The notes under the pieces were generated by a model. That model saw only the letters and a program-made list of their open reading frames with translations, was not told the origin of the DNA and made no database searches. A DNA stretch of 64,000 nucleotides from Auanema rhodensis (lineage: Eukaryota; Animalia; Nematoda), in contig OZ059897.1 in assembly GCA_964057225.1 (NCBI GenBank), forward strand, positions 13,578,001 through 13,642,000, read 5' to 3'. The position numbers were made by a program, and so were the translations under genes. This document shows positions 49,101-61,687 of this stretch, one piece after another (position 1 is the stretch's first letter; every line of letters begins with the position of its first letter).

Positions 49101-52100
49101 ATAATCATTTATACGTTTTCAAGCTTTTCCTATTCAGTCTTCATTTTACACCATCGGACAGACGTTCATTTTTCTTTCTTATCTTCGTTATCGATACAGA
49201 ATATCTTGTTCACTTGAGATTTATATCTATTCCACTCTGCTCATCCCTCCAATCATCATTCTATCACCAAAAATTCCATATTCGACATCCCATCAGGTGG
49301 TCGTGCATCCTGAGATCCAAAATGACCCATGGGCCCCCAGATGCTCTCAACGCACACCTCGAGGTCTTCTTCTCACCTACTCTTCCTTTGTTCACCTGCT
49401 TTCTGAAATCATCTTACTAGGTCAAATATAAATTGCCTGTCCTACGAAGAAAGTTTCTAGAGTTTTGACACGAGAATCGAGCCTGTTGAAGACAGAGCAT
49501 CATGTTCACACTTTGACAAAAAAAAATAAAAGAAAAAACGAACTTCCTGCTGTGTATATCTTCAGGGTTTTTTCTGATGTTTAATACATTGGCCTCAATT
49601 AACCATGAGTCCGTATACCGATGACGTTGACCGAGTATGAGAAGACTCCGTTTGAACTCTGCTAACAGAAAATCTGTGAGGACGTCAAACGACATTCCAC
49701 CTTTTTTTTTCATCATCTATCCTCTGTTTCCAGAATTACTGATTAATAGCATCTTAGCCATTTTTTTCGTGCCAGGACACAGCATGTGCGCGAAAGCAAA
49801 AAGAGGAAATAGAGAAAAGAACTGACAATATTCAAAAACGAAAGTGAGAGTTAAGACAAAGAACGAGACAGAGAGTTCCATCTCTTGTAGGTTACTTAGA
49901 TAAAATTCATTAAGATTTACCGCGTCCAGAAAGGCTCCAAATTCTGAACAGCAAGATTATGTGAGATCAAAAAAAAATGTCCTCATACTACTCTTTCTAG
50001 CCCTCATTATTCTGTCTCCGTTGAACCGTCATCATGTTGTAACCTAGGATGTAGAAAAAGGCTATCAACATCGTTATACACTACTAGCGACCACCCAACC
50101 ATTCCTAATTAAGCCAAGCGAAAGTTCCACGAAAGTAATTTTCAATCTGATACTTCATGGTTATTCTCCCCTCTTAAACGGAAAGCAATTATTGTCTTCC
50201 TGAAGGTCGTTGACCAATTTCTTGAAAAGCTACTTTTTAAAAATAAATGAGATTAATATAAAAAAATGTCTAACTCAAAAGCTTTTAATTAATTGGTCTG
50301 CTTTCAATTTGAAATCATTGAAATTTCTCCAAGAAACGATAAAAGATAAGAAAGTGCAACAGTCTTTAGACCTCTATTGCTACTCGCTTATTCATATCTA
50401 TTTCAAATTCTGAGAACAGATACGTTTGCAGTTTTTCGTTTCAAGCATTTTCCGGAAAATAATATTTTTATGTCGCTGTATGGAACTACAACCCACCCTC
50501 CCTTTCTCTTAAGTGCATCTCCCAAGTTTATTGTGAGCACAACCTGTGAATTCGTCCTCATCGTATAAGTTTTCAACCTAACTTATCCCAAAGCCTAGAT
50601 AATACACAAAAGCCTAGCTTCACCTCTTCCAATACAATAACGTGCGATCATTAGATGTACTTTGATGTAACTTGTTTTACTCCAAAATCATAAGAATGGT
50701 GTTTTTAATTCTTTTTATAAAACATTCATAAAAAAGAACAATTTGAATGTCAGCAAAAAGAAAATGTTGAGAAAAGAGGAAAGAGTCGAGTTACGCACTA
50801 TATCGAACAGACTGCCAGAGACGCTATGAGACAGTACCGACCCAGGCAAAGTATAAGTAGAAAGAAGAGATGGTGCAAGAAAAGTGCTGAGGGTTTTTCT
50901 GAAAGACAATGAGAGATAGCAGTTAAAACAGACTATGTGAGACAATGGTAATGAGAAAGAGAGTGAAAAGAAGGATCAGATATAGGCAATGTGGCTTACG
51001 AATCGCTTCGTTTTCGTTTCCTCTTTCTCATTTTGATGATATTCTTCCGTATCATATCAATTTTATGTATATGGAATATACATCATTCTTCTTCTAATAT
51101 ATTTCAATAACTTTCATCAACATTTTCTCATTTACATTTTTACAAACATCTTGTCTTTACAGTTTCAATTCATGTTATACCTATTCAAATGTGGAGATTT
51201 GTTAATATGATTAGAACTTTAAGTTAAGAACAGAACGATTGTGTTTGAGAAAAAGGAATAATGAGGAAGATGCACTTTTATACCAACCATACTCTAGAAT
51301 CCAGACGATAACACATTGAGATGATGATGAAAAGACCACCCCAGACGAACGATCATTGGATATGTTCTGACAACGGGCTCGAGTTAGAACAATGGTCAAG
51401 ATGAATGGAAAGCCTAAAGATGCACACAAAATCAAGATAGAATGAGCGAATGTTGATTTTAGACTTTCTAACTCCAGATGTCCATATTCGCTGCCAAGCT
51501 TTTTAGTCAGTAAAAATCTGGTAAATTGTTGACAAGATCATGGTCAGTATTTGAATGAGAGTGGCAAAGGGAATCCTCGTCACGTGAAAAAATGTAGCGT
51601 CCTTTCTCTCCAAAACCATCTACTGCTTTCTATATATGAACCAACTTATTATTTTTCGAAATCTATTATAATCACCCTCGATGTTGAGAGTTTTAGACTA
51701 AATCAGCAATTTTCTAGTTAGATACTTTCAATCTGTACATCTTCAGAGCTGAATTCAAATATGTCTCTGCTACAGAGAGAACCTTGATCATTAAGAACAT
51801 CAATTTCTATCTTTTGCACATGTGACCATAGATAGACGATGAAGATACGAACTATGCCTGCCTCACTACATTGTCAATTCTTTTTACATGCTCAACTAAC
51901 AGTTTTTTTTTTTCAATTCATGCTGATCGTTCAATCCTCTTCTCACTGTACTCTTATGAATCTTCATTACATATATACCTACAGTTGTACCTCTTTTAAC
52001 ACATTTTGTCTTCAGAATCAAGGTTATTGTTCTTACATGCGGCCTCATCTTCGTTTTTTCAACAAGCATTAACAATTTTTTTTGTTTCCGTATCGTTTTA

Positions 52101-55089
52101 ACTAGCACTCTGCTCTTTTCACTACACTGTTTGGAATACATTTTTTCATAGTTTGTCTTTTTTTCCTAATCCATTACATATCTTCAATGTTTTTTTCTGG
52201 ACACCTGCTAAACGTTAAAACCGTTTAGTTTTTTAATTTATATTAACATGTAGTTATAAATTCTGGTCAGAATATATTGCGACCTTCACTCTTAGCACTT
52301 TCTTTCTTATTTATAACATACTCCAAATTATTCTTTCTTTACTTATTATGATCATGCTGGTCCCATGATATTCTTTTTCTGTCTTTTTTTTGTGTTATAA
52401 GATAGGCAAAGAATCCTATTCCGCTTTCTTTTCTCCCCCCCCCCTTTTTTTTTCTTCCCCACATCCTGAATCTGAATTGGTTCTCTCCCTTCTTCATAAT
52501 CCGTCTTTCTGATCAGTCATTCTTTCTAACCTTTATCTCTGAATAGTAACCTCTATTGATTGTACCTGTTCCCTAATTCAAATTTCTGGATTTTGATCAG
52601 AACATGACGCATCTTGTATCTCAAATCATATCTTAGGTTCCTAATCCATTATTTAGTTCAACAAAATGTTTATGTTACCATCCTTTATATTTAACCTTTT
52701 AATAGAATTGTATGGGGCCACAAACCATCTGGGTCCAGGTTACCTGTTTTGTTTATGAGGAGAGCCTGGCGAAGCTAAAGACGATATCTAGTTAACCTCA
52801 CCTCTCTTACTCTGTTTTCCAAAGCGCAATAGCTAGGGCTATTTGTAGAGTGAGATTTCCAACACATCAACTCGAAGAGAAATACAGAAATAGAGAAATA
52901 AAAGAGAAGCCATCTAGAAGAGGTCAACGCAGACAGTTGGTTACTCCCTATGACGTCATCATGCCATATATGCTCCAAGTCCTAACAACAGAATTTTCCG
53001 ATTTGTCTCTCATCCTTCCAAATTATGATAGGTACAGCTTCAAGGTTTTGCCGACAGTGACCCGGACACATTCAAGCATGTTGCATGATGCAATAGTCAT
53101 GCACTTTGCATAAATTTGAAGACATTTGGCTTTTCTTCAGCCGTCGAAAATTTTAATAAGCCCTGCCTTAATGTAACTTTCGTCTATCACATGTTATCTG
53201 ATAATTAGATTAATTTAACAAAACAATTCATTGGGATATTTGCGACAAAAAAAGATTATGAGAAAATGTTAATATGATAATATAAAAGTACAAGTAGGGA
53301 TGGGTGGTCTTTATGTCTCATCTTACAGTACTGATTTGAATGATTTTAATCAATAAGTTTTGACGCAAACTGCTAATTAGAATTGTTAATGAATTCCGGA
53401 ATTTCTAATTTTTTTCTAGTAAAAAAACATCTTTTTAGATGTACAAAATCATTCATTTACTTCCGACGTTTATTTTTGCTCTGTATGTTGAAAATATCTT
53501 AGTCATCCATGAATGTTTTAATTTATTTATCTCAGTCGTCATGTGTTTAGTTTTCTTGAGTAAAGGTCTTGCGGCCAGGTGACATATTGCTAACTAATCT
53601 AAACTCGGTTGAATGTTTGTTACATTTAAAACATAATCATCATTTGTGAACTATGGAGCTCAATAGGTCTCAATCAGGCTAACAACAGGCTCAGTGTGGG
53701 AAAGTTCACTTTTACCACAAACAGGCTAGGACAATGAAATGGACTGAATGCCTCTGGTTATTTCCTCAGCTTATCTATTTTGTTTTCTTTTCGTTTCAAT
53801 TATAAGATTTCTTTTCCTGTTCATCTTATTCTAATATAGCAGTCTAGCTTATTAGCATAGTATTGGACCCGGTTTTTATTCAAATTAACATATTCTTTTA
53901 CTTCTTCACTTATATTTTACGTGAGCATTCCACTCATTTTATTTTTGTTTTTTCCACCATTCGGTTGTGCTCTTTAACAATTTAAGTTATGAGGTAATTA
54001 TCATTTTTTATAGACCGTAGAGAAATCATCACCTGGAAGTAGTGCTCATAACCCTTAGCGTTGTCCTTAATCCAGAAGCCTGGATACTAAAACCAGGTAA
54101 TATCTCATTCTTCTTTTGTATTTGTGTCACTGCGTATCCACCTGTCGGATATGCAATACCATGAATAACTATAGCTAATCTCTTTTTTGTGCTCTATCAA
54201 CTAGAGCTTAGTCATGCAATGAGCTTCAGTTGAGTTGACCACGAGATCTAAAGATAGTCTTTTATAATGACGTCAATTGTTGACAAGAGTCTTTGACAAT
54301 CCCATCAGGTCACTGCGAAGCTCTTGCTCCTGGCATTTATAAGACATTGGTATTAGAGGCAACTGTTAAGAACCTTCGCCAGATCCTCGTATATAGTCAT
54401 TCGGCTTTTGTGTCACTTGACTGCTGCATGAAAGGCCTTTTGTAAAAATGACCGAGACTATTTGCTTTTGGCAGTAGCCACTTGTACACTATAAGGACTC
54501 TAAAAAAAGAGGATTATAGTTGAATCTGGGCTATATTCTACAAAAACTAAGCATGAATTTTTTTTTATAATATTCCTATTAATTAATTCGCAACAAAATT
54601 TAGGATTACTGTTATTCATCATCAACAGTTTTTTATTTTTGCGTATTTGGGAAGTTGTGCAGTTTTCCTACTACGAATTTTACAGTTATTTTTTCCCACG
54701 GTTTAATATATGTAGTTTGATTTATTTATTTATATGTTGTTATTTTCCTAAAAAAAAATATTTTTTTTGAGCAAATTGGAGTCCCTTTTGTCCCGAGTGT
54801 GTACGAGACCTTCTTTCTTTATATAAAGTCAAGAAAAAATGAACTGTACTTAAGTTTAGAGAACTCTAGAATCATTTGCTCTCCTAAACTATATTATTTC
54901 TTATGTCTAGATATCATTAACTAAATTAGTTAAAGATAATTTTAAACGTTTCTGTGAGCACAATTTGTATTATAATTCTTTAGGTTATGGGAACATTTTA
55001 AGATTTCCTAAACTTCTCTTTTCCGTTCTATTTTCTTTAACTTCTCCTTGTACAGATGTTTTATTTAGATATCTCTTTGAGCGTATTGA

Positions 55090-55325
55090 AGAGGCGGAGT
55101 CTGGCTGCCGGGCCGCCCCCGCTGGAATGGTCTGCTGCCTCCCGCATAACCTGGGTTGTCTTTAGGGTTGCGAGGACAGGCCGTGTGTCTTAGATGACTA
55201 CACTCATGAACTTCCATTTTTTCATGGAACATTCTACCTCATTATATCTTTTATTCCTCTCTTGTCGCGCTCTTCTGTTTTTTCTATTAATTAAAAGTTT
55301 CTATTGGTTACTCATCTGTTTTTAG
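55090..55325 (+). promoter_or_regulatory. GC-rich promoter block and trans-splice-like acceptor upstream of cyd-1
   Basis: GGCGGAG, GGGCCGCCCCC and CCTCCCGC boxes at 55090-55145 in an AT-rich background. A TTTTTAG acceptor at 55325 lies 67 nt before the ATG. Confidence 0.5.
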
Positions 55326-55392
55326 CCCTCGCCCGAATACAGTCTGTGGTCCTTTAGCAACATCCAAGTTGTAGAAGGTTCCGTCAACTGTC

Positions 55393-58300
55393 ATGATGTC
55401 TACTGACGAGTTGGTCTCCTCTCTTAGTTGCACTGAACTTCTCGCTGATTCGCCATCAACATCAAGGTAACTTTCCAAGTGTCTTAGCTCTTTTAACTTA
55501 TTTCTATAGAAACCAGCAACGATCTGAGCATCGTAGGCGTTCCAATCGTATTGTTCTTCAACCTGTAACTAATAAGGTTCTTGGTTCGGTAAGTACTTTG
55601 TTTATTTTCTTCAATTATTCATCACTTCATCTTTAACCTCCTCGTTTTGAAGTCACTTTTGATATCTCAGAAATGTAACTCTTTGTTTGCCCCATACTGT
55701 GATCATATGCCGGCCAGATGTCTTTCTTCAATGGTCTGATTTCTAAGTATATTATGACTATTGATCAAATTTGGTGTATCAAAAGAATAATTCAGAAAAC
55801 CTTAACTAAAAAATAACAACTATCGTTCTACTGATTTCGGTTTCCTATCTCATCATCATCTGGTTCATGTACCTGATTACCATCTTTCTCACTTGGTTAT
55901 TATACTTAGAACATCAGTATACTGATTTTTCTTCTAATCTTATTTGCATCTAACTTAACTGCCATCTATGACCTTTATTTCACTCTGATACGGCTAGTTT
56001 TTCATAGATTGCCAGACACCACAACAATTTTTTCTAATATTTTCTTGTCACTGTTCACATCATGATTTTTGTGTTAAGGCTGTTGTTTCACGGAAGCGCA
56101 CTTCCGCTGATAGTCGTTTGAATACTGCTCAGCATGTTGCTGTTGGAACATTGCCTGATAAGACGCTTGCATCTGACCCTAGAGTCATGGGAAACTTACG
56201 GATTGCTGAAGTAGGATATTAATCAATTTATATATTTCTATTCTGTTATTCGTTTAGACTATGACTACTCTAAATAGCCATTATTTTACCTCTGTCCAAG
56301 ATCATGTTCAGCCTATTCATCGCGAACAAGCTATTGAATGGATTTATGATGTTTCTAAAGTACTGTTCTATATTATTTGTTATCATATTTAATTTACTTC
56401 TTTAGGAGGAAAGATGCGACGCTGACATATTTCCTTTAGCTGTTTCATTAATGGATAGATTTCTTTCGGTTCAAAATATTTTCAAAACTGATATTCAGGT
56501 GTGTGTCCTTCTGTTTAACTTTTACAGAAAATTTGTTACAGGTTTTGGCCGGAGTTTGTTTGTTTATTGCTAGTAAGGTCAAAGCTCCACAGCCCTTGAA
56601 TGCGCAACGAATGTCATACTACACGGATGATAGCGTTCAAGTTCATGACTTCTTGGTAACCTTACAACATAGTATATCTGAAGCATATTTTTTTTAAGGC
56701 ATGGGAGCTTTTAGTTTTGTCACAATTAGACTGGGACATCAACTGTCCTACCGCCTTTGACTTTTTTGACCAACTGTTAGCAAATATGCCATCCTTGGCT
56801 TTTGTTAAAGATGATTTTACTTCAATTATCCACAAGATTCAAAAGAGTTAGTTTCTTTTTTTTTCTCAAAAAACTATCGACCTTCTTAATTCTCGAAATG
56901 GGTGGTATTTTGTGCGAACACAATCTGTTAAGTCTTAAAGACACGAACACCCTGACGATTTTTTTAAAAGTTTTCTTATAATCTATAAATTGCCCTCAAG
57001 CCTTTTTGCCTCTTTTCTTTCTCCCACGGACAGGCATTTTTGGGTCCGGTCCTTAGTCGTGCGACCTAATCGGATACTCTTCTGCCGCATTTCAACGGGT
57101 GGTCCAATTCTGACAATAGGCAAAGTTTTGTGAAAGTGGGCTACGGAGTCTTGTTATAACTTAAAAGGACTCTACGATTATCTATAATCATTAAAACTAG
57201 GCTTCTTCTCATGATCCAGCAGATTCTTACTGTCTATTTACCGTATGCTAACTGAATTAGGGCAGTAAATGCTTACATAAACATTACCATGGCATGACTC
57301 TGTCTCTAATGGAGTTTAGGGTGTTGATGGATGATGTGCTCGTTGTATGATTTGTTTGTTGATTCTAATGCATCTGGGTTAATTTTAAGACTAGGAAAGA
57401 TTATTTAGGTAGAGTTAGTTGTGTCTGACTGGGTTATGTGCTATATAGGAGATAGATGGTTTCGGTTATATTGGACGATGCCCCGCAGAGTTTCCGACCA
57501 CGGCAGCTGCCTGATCTCGCGCACAATGACTGTCGTGTGGCCTGCTTATCATTTTATGCCCGAGATTTGGGTAGTAATGCAAAGTTTCGATTTTTTTAAG
57601 TTGGACGATGTATTTATGAATATCAAAGTATCGGGCAGATATCTTAAGAGTCGTACATCTCGTTTTCGAGCTCTTAATCCTGATCGAAAGAAAATATAAT
57701 TTTAACAAAGCCAATTTTCTTTTGTTGTCTTTCGGTCCAGCTAAATCTTTGTAATTTTGTTCGCTTATATCCGATTACGATCTCACTTGGTATAGTATCT
57801 ACATGTGTGAATCCCGGTTTTTCGACAGCAGCACGTTTATGAACATGACGAACGCGTGCCGAAATATCAGTAATCTCTTGAAGATTTATAGACTCATATG
57901 GCAATATATTGTAGGTCGGTAGACCTGCTATGCGTAGATTTAAATCATAGATGCGGACGAGCACTGTTTTCTGACAGGCTCTGCGGTAGTAAATCATATG
58001 CGATGTAACTTCCCCAAGCCGGGCCTCTTGTTGAACAAGACGGCCGATCTTTGAGTTGACTCTCCTAATGACTATGAGTAACAGAAGTAGTACATCATGT
58101 TATGTAACTGTCAAAGTCATTATTTGTTGCATATATCTTCATAAGGCCAAAAGAATGCGACAGGATGTGTGGAAAGGGAGACTTGGCTAATTTTTTACGT
58201 CTTTGCTTCATAAAACATTATTTTTTGAAGGTCTATTCTTAAAAAAATCATACTGTAGGTTTTTATGATTTTTTTGAATTAGTTTTTCCTGACAAATGGC

Positions 58301-59646
58301 TTGCACATTTTCTATACCCATACTCACACATGTTTTTGAAATTAATGGCAATAGATATAGAGGTTCTTGTCTTCTTTTACCTTTTTGGCCTTCCTTTGAA
58401 AGAACAAAAGGTTATTCTATGTATCTCCCACCTTGTTCTATGTTGATTTTCAACGTAGATGCGCGAACGTAAACTCTCATTTCTTTAGGAGAAAGTGCGT
58501 AAGGAAAGATGCACCCTGGGGGGTGCGTGACGTTGATGACGAAGATTTACGTTTTTCTCTTCTATGTCTAGACTTTTAGTGTCTTTATTCTTAATACGAG
58601 GGACATTCTTTCAATAAGAAGCCTTCTGATCTAATTGAGCGTGGTGATTTCTAAGAGACAAAGATTCTGAGGGCATGCATGGCTCACTGTGAACAACATT
58701 ACCAGAATGATGGCGCAATATACTTGCCTTCGCCCCATTGAGGATAATAACCTCAGTGGTTTTAAATAGGCTAGTATTGTTGCCTGTTGTGACATGCATA
58801 ATTGATTATTTCTCTTCATTCATCATTTCACTCATCAGGCTTTCGCTTGTCTTGTCCAGTCTTGGCATAAGTCAAAACAGTAAGACAATAGAATTAAATT
58901 AGCAACATTGTCTATGTCAAATATTCCAGCGTACTGTATAGTAATGTGATGATTGACGTATAATGTCCACATTTCGATTAATACTTTCCAATTTATTGAA
59001 GGACTTGAAAATCAAATTTATCCGAAGGGGTGCTAGAAATTACACCTTTCTACAGCCGCCTGTGGTACATACCGGTCGTGATAACATCTTAAAGGTGGTC
59101 GGTGTCGCTTGAAACAGTTTTGTAACACCTAAAGTTTTTCCAGTTTTTTTCGAAAGTCCACTTCGAAATGAAAGAAAAAAGAAAAATGTTATTCTCGAAG
59201 CTCATTTTTTTCTTTTCAGATGCTAAACTTGGCATGATGTTTCCATCTCTACAGTGTGCTCTTTCACTAATTTATGCTGTTGAGCGGTATGGCGACCAAA
59301 ACTTAATCAACGAATTTGATTTCGTTCTTCCATATGCCTTAGGCATGGAGAGGGTAAGATATATCTTTTGTAATCTCTCATTGTTTATTTTATTTTCCAG
59401 AAAATCCTGCGTGGATTTGTTCCAATGTTGGAGCGCGCGTTATCAGATGGATCTCATCCTCCTGCAACCTCACCTTGTGCGCCACCAACTTCTTGCCGAA
59501 CCCCTTCCCCTTCTATGTCTTGTCCATTTGTGCCAGCTACTCCTAATAATGACTCTGGATTCTGCTCCGGTGTCAGCTCTCCTGAATCTGCTTGCAAAAA
59601 GGATCTTGACTGCTCTCCTCCTAAGCATGCCAGACTATCATGTTAG
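55393..59646 (+). CDS. cyd-1: Cyclin D
   Basis: Exons 55393-55466, 55510-55588, 56079-56210, 56258-56359, 56406-56498, 56542-56655, 56699-56846, 59220-59353 and 59401-59646. The N-terminus has LSCTE (LxCxE). The cyclin box reads YFTSVQDHVQPIHREQAIEWIYDVSKEERCDADIFPLAVSLMDRFLS...GVCLFIASKVKAP...WELLVLSQLDWD, followed by FPSLQCA, matching C. elegans CYD-1 as recalled. The tail is PEST-like. Confidence 0.92.
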
Positions 59647-60282
59647 CTAGTGCATCTCTTATTCAAGGATCATTCCAAATGTGGAAAAAATAGACTATAC
59701 TTCTGGTCTTAATCAAGTCAATAATTTGAAATAGTCATCCTCGCGAATGCTTTCTTATGTATCTAAGTATTATGCGCAGATAATAGATCAACGGTAATCA
59801 CTTTCTATTTATTTTAGTTTGACATAGCCTACAGGTTAGGCAGTCTCAGACACGCCAAAACTCTAAGCTATAGGTAGCCTAGTCTCAATACTTCTGTCTT
59901 TTAGCAAACGAAATTATCACCGTATAGTAGACACATCATAGCCCACATCTTCATGACATCAGTCATATCATTATCAACATTAGAATTATTATCCGAAACA
60001 TATCTTCATTATCATATTCTTTAGTTGTAACTTTAGTTTTAACTGTATTATGTATTCGTTTTATCATCATCGCGATTTATCTAACGTGTATTTCTGTTCT
60101 ATAGTATGTTGTTAAACTCGGTGTCTTCGTTTGTTTTTATGTTTCCATGCGTTCTCTTCTCTGTGTCCTCGACTGTCTCTTTACTCGGTTTCTAGGCATT
60201 TCCACCTCTAATGAACCCCATGTAAAGTTACTGCCGTAGTGTACAGATCGTGATTAGTCAAAGATTTACTTACATATTGCTC

Positions 60283-60290
60283 TGTAAATA
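60283..60290 (+). promoter_or_regulatory. PUF/Pumilio response element in the cyd-1 3'UTR
   Basis: TGTAAATA (UGUANAUA) preceded by C, about 200 nt before the AATAAA at 60491. Confidence 0.35.
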
Positions 60291-60490
60291 ACGTGTTTTG
60301 TGTTTTATCTTTCTCCTTTTGGCCTGTTCCTCTGGATCTGAGGTGAGGCTCGCCCCCTGTGTATAGCAGCTTCGCGCTAGTATCTCCGGCTTTTGCCTTT
60401 GTTCTTATGAATATCTCTTCTTTCCCAGTATCTCTTTTACCAACTTACCATGTTTGTTATATTTTCGTTGCTCACTTTTATTATTGAATG

Positions 60491-60496
60491 AATAAA
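60491..60496 (+). terminator. Probable poly(A) signal of cyd-1
   Basis: AATAAA at the end of a pyrimidine-rich tract, giving a 3'UTR of about 850 nt. Confidence 0.5.
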
Positions 60497-61649
60497 TTCC
60501 TACTGACATTCTTTAGTTTTTTTCATAAAATACAAATCACTTGGCACACATGGGATGCGAACTCTAGATAATTAAAGGGCAAATGTCCTGCAAGCGGTCC
60601 GTTGTCTGGTTATTGTCCGATTTTTGTAGCTCATTTAACTCGCCCTCCTTCGACATGAATTTTTCCTCAGTTATTTCCGCCTTTTATATTTTGCCTCATC
60701 ATTGCTATAGGTTTGAATGACGGATGTAAGTCTAAGAAATCCATACCAAGTCTTATAGAAACTAGTTTTTACCCAACTGTCACCCCTAAGAAACTAAATC
60801 GTTAGGCGGCCGTGGTCACTACCACAAACTTTGGTTAAGCCATCTGCGGAAGAAACAAACCAATAGGCAGTTGAAATAAAAAATTTTAAAAAATGACTTC
60901 GTTCTGTGATCATTTCTTTGATCATTCATACTTAGACCAAACTTTGGAGAGTCTGAGTTAAAAAAATGTACAGAGGACGGGAAAAACAGTGAATATAAGA
61001 AAAAGAGTCGTAAAATCCTATAACTAATGAAACTCATCCTAATAAAACATCAACCGATCAGTGTACTTGATGATTTAAAAATGAACAGATGTGGTTGAAA
61101 TAAATCGGCGTGTTGCTCGGATTGAAGTCTGCTCTATTCCACAGAGTATCAATATAATAAAAATATGAGTATTCCCTGTAGAAGACAAATTCTAAAAACA
61201 TATAACTGGAATAACAGTTCGATTCATACATTCTTTCTCTACTTATTATTATTTTTAGCTAGATATGGATCGGCTTTCTGCGGTTACAATTCATAGTTCT
61301 TAGAGTTGTCCTTTAGCGCATGAACATGCCTCATTTGTTACATCGAACACAATGTTTGTTGATATCCTTGACGTCCTGGTACCGACCAGGCTTTCTTTGT
61401 GTATTAGGACTTCTTTGTAGGGCTATCTGTAAAGTGTGCAGAGCAATCGAGCGTATCAGTTGCATTGACTTTGGTAATCTACTGTTTCGTAGGTCATTGA
61501 AATGTCTCTAATTTCTTAAAATGCCAGTCTTATCCACAGGAGTCCCAGTAATGCGGCAACAACGTAACTGGGACGTCATATACGTTGTGTGGGCCACCAA
61601 AGTTGAAATTAGCATGACAAAGGTATTCGACCACACGCATTCTTCAATT

Positions 61650-61687
61650 TCTACAATTTCTACAACATCTACAACATCTACAACATT
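61650..61687. repeat. 9-bp tandem repeat (TCTACAAYW)
   Basis: tctacaatt-tctacaaca-tctacaaca-tctacaaca. Confidence 0.8.

Noticed and set aside
57421-57997. Transposase or reverse-transcriptase remnant in the cyd-1 intron
   Set aside because: No DDE, RT or other recognisable motifs and no terminal repeats.
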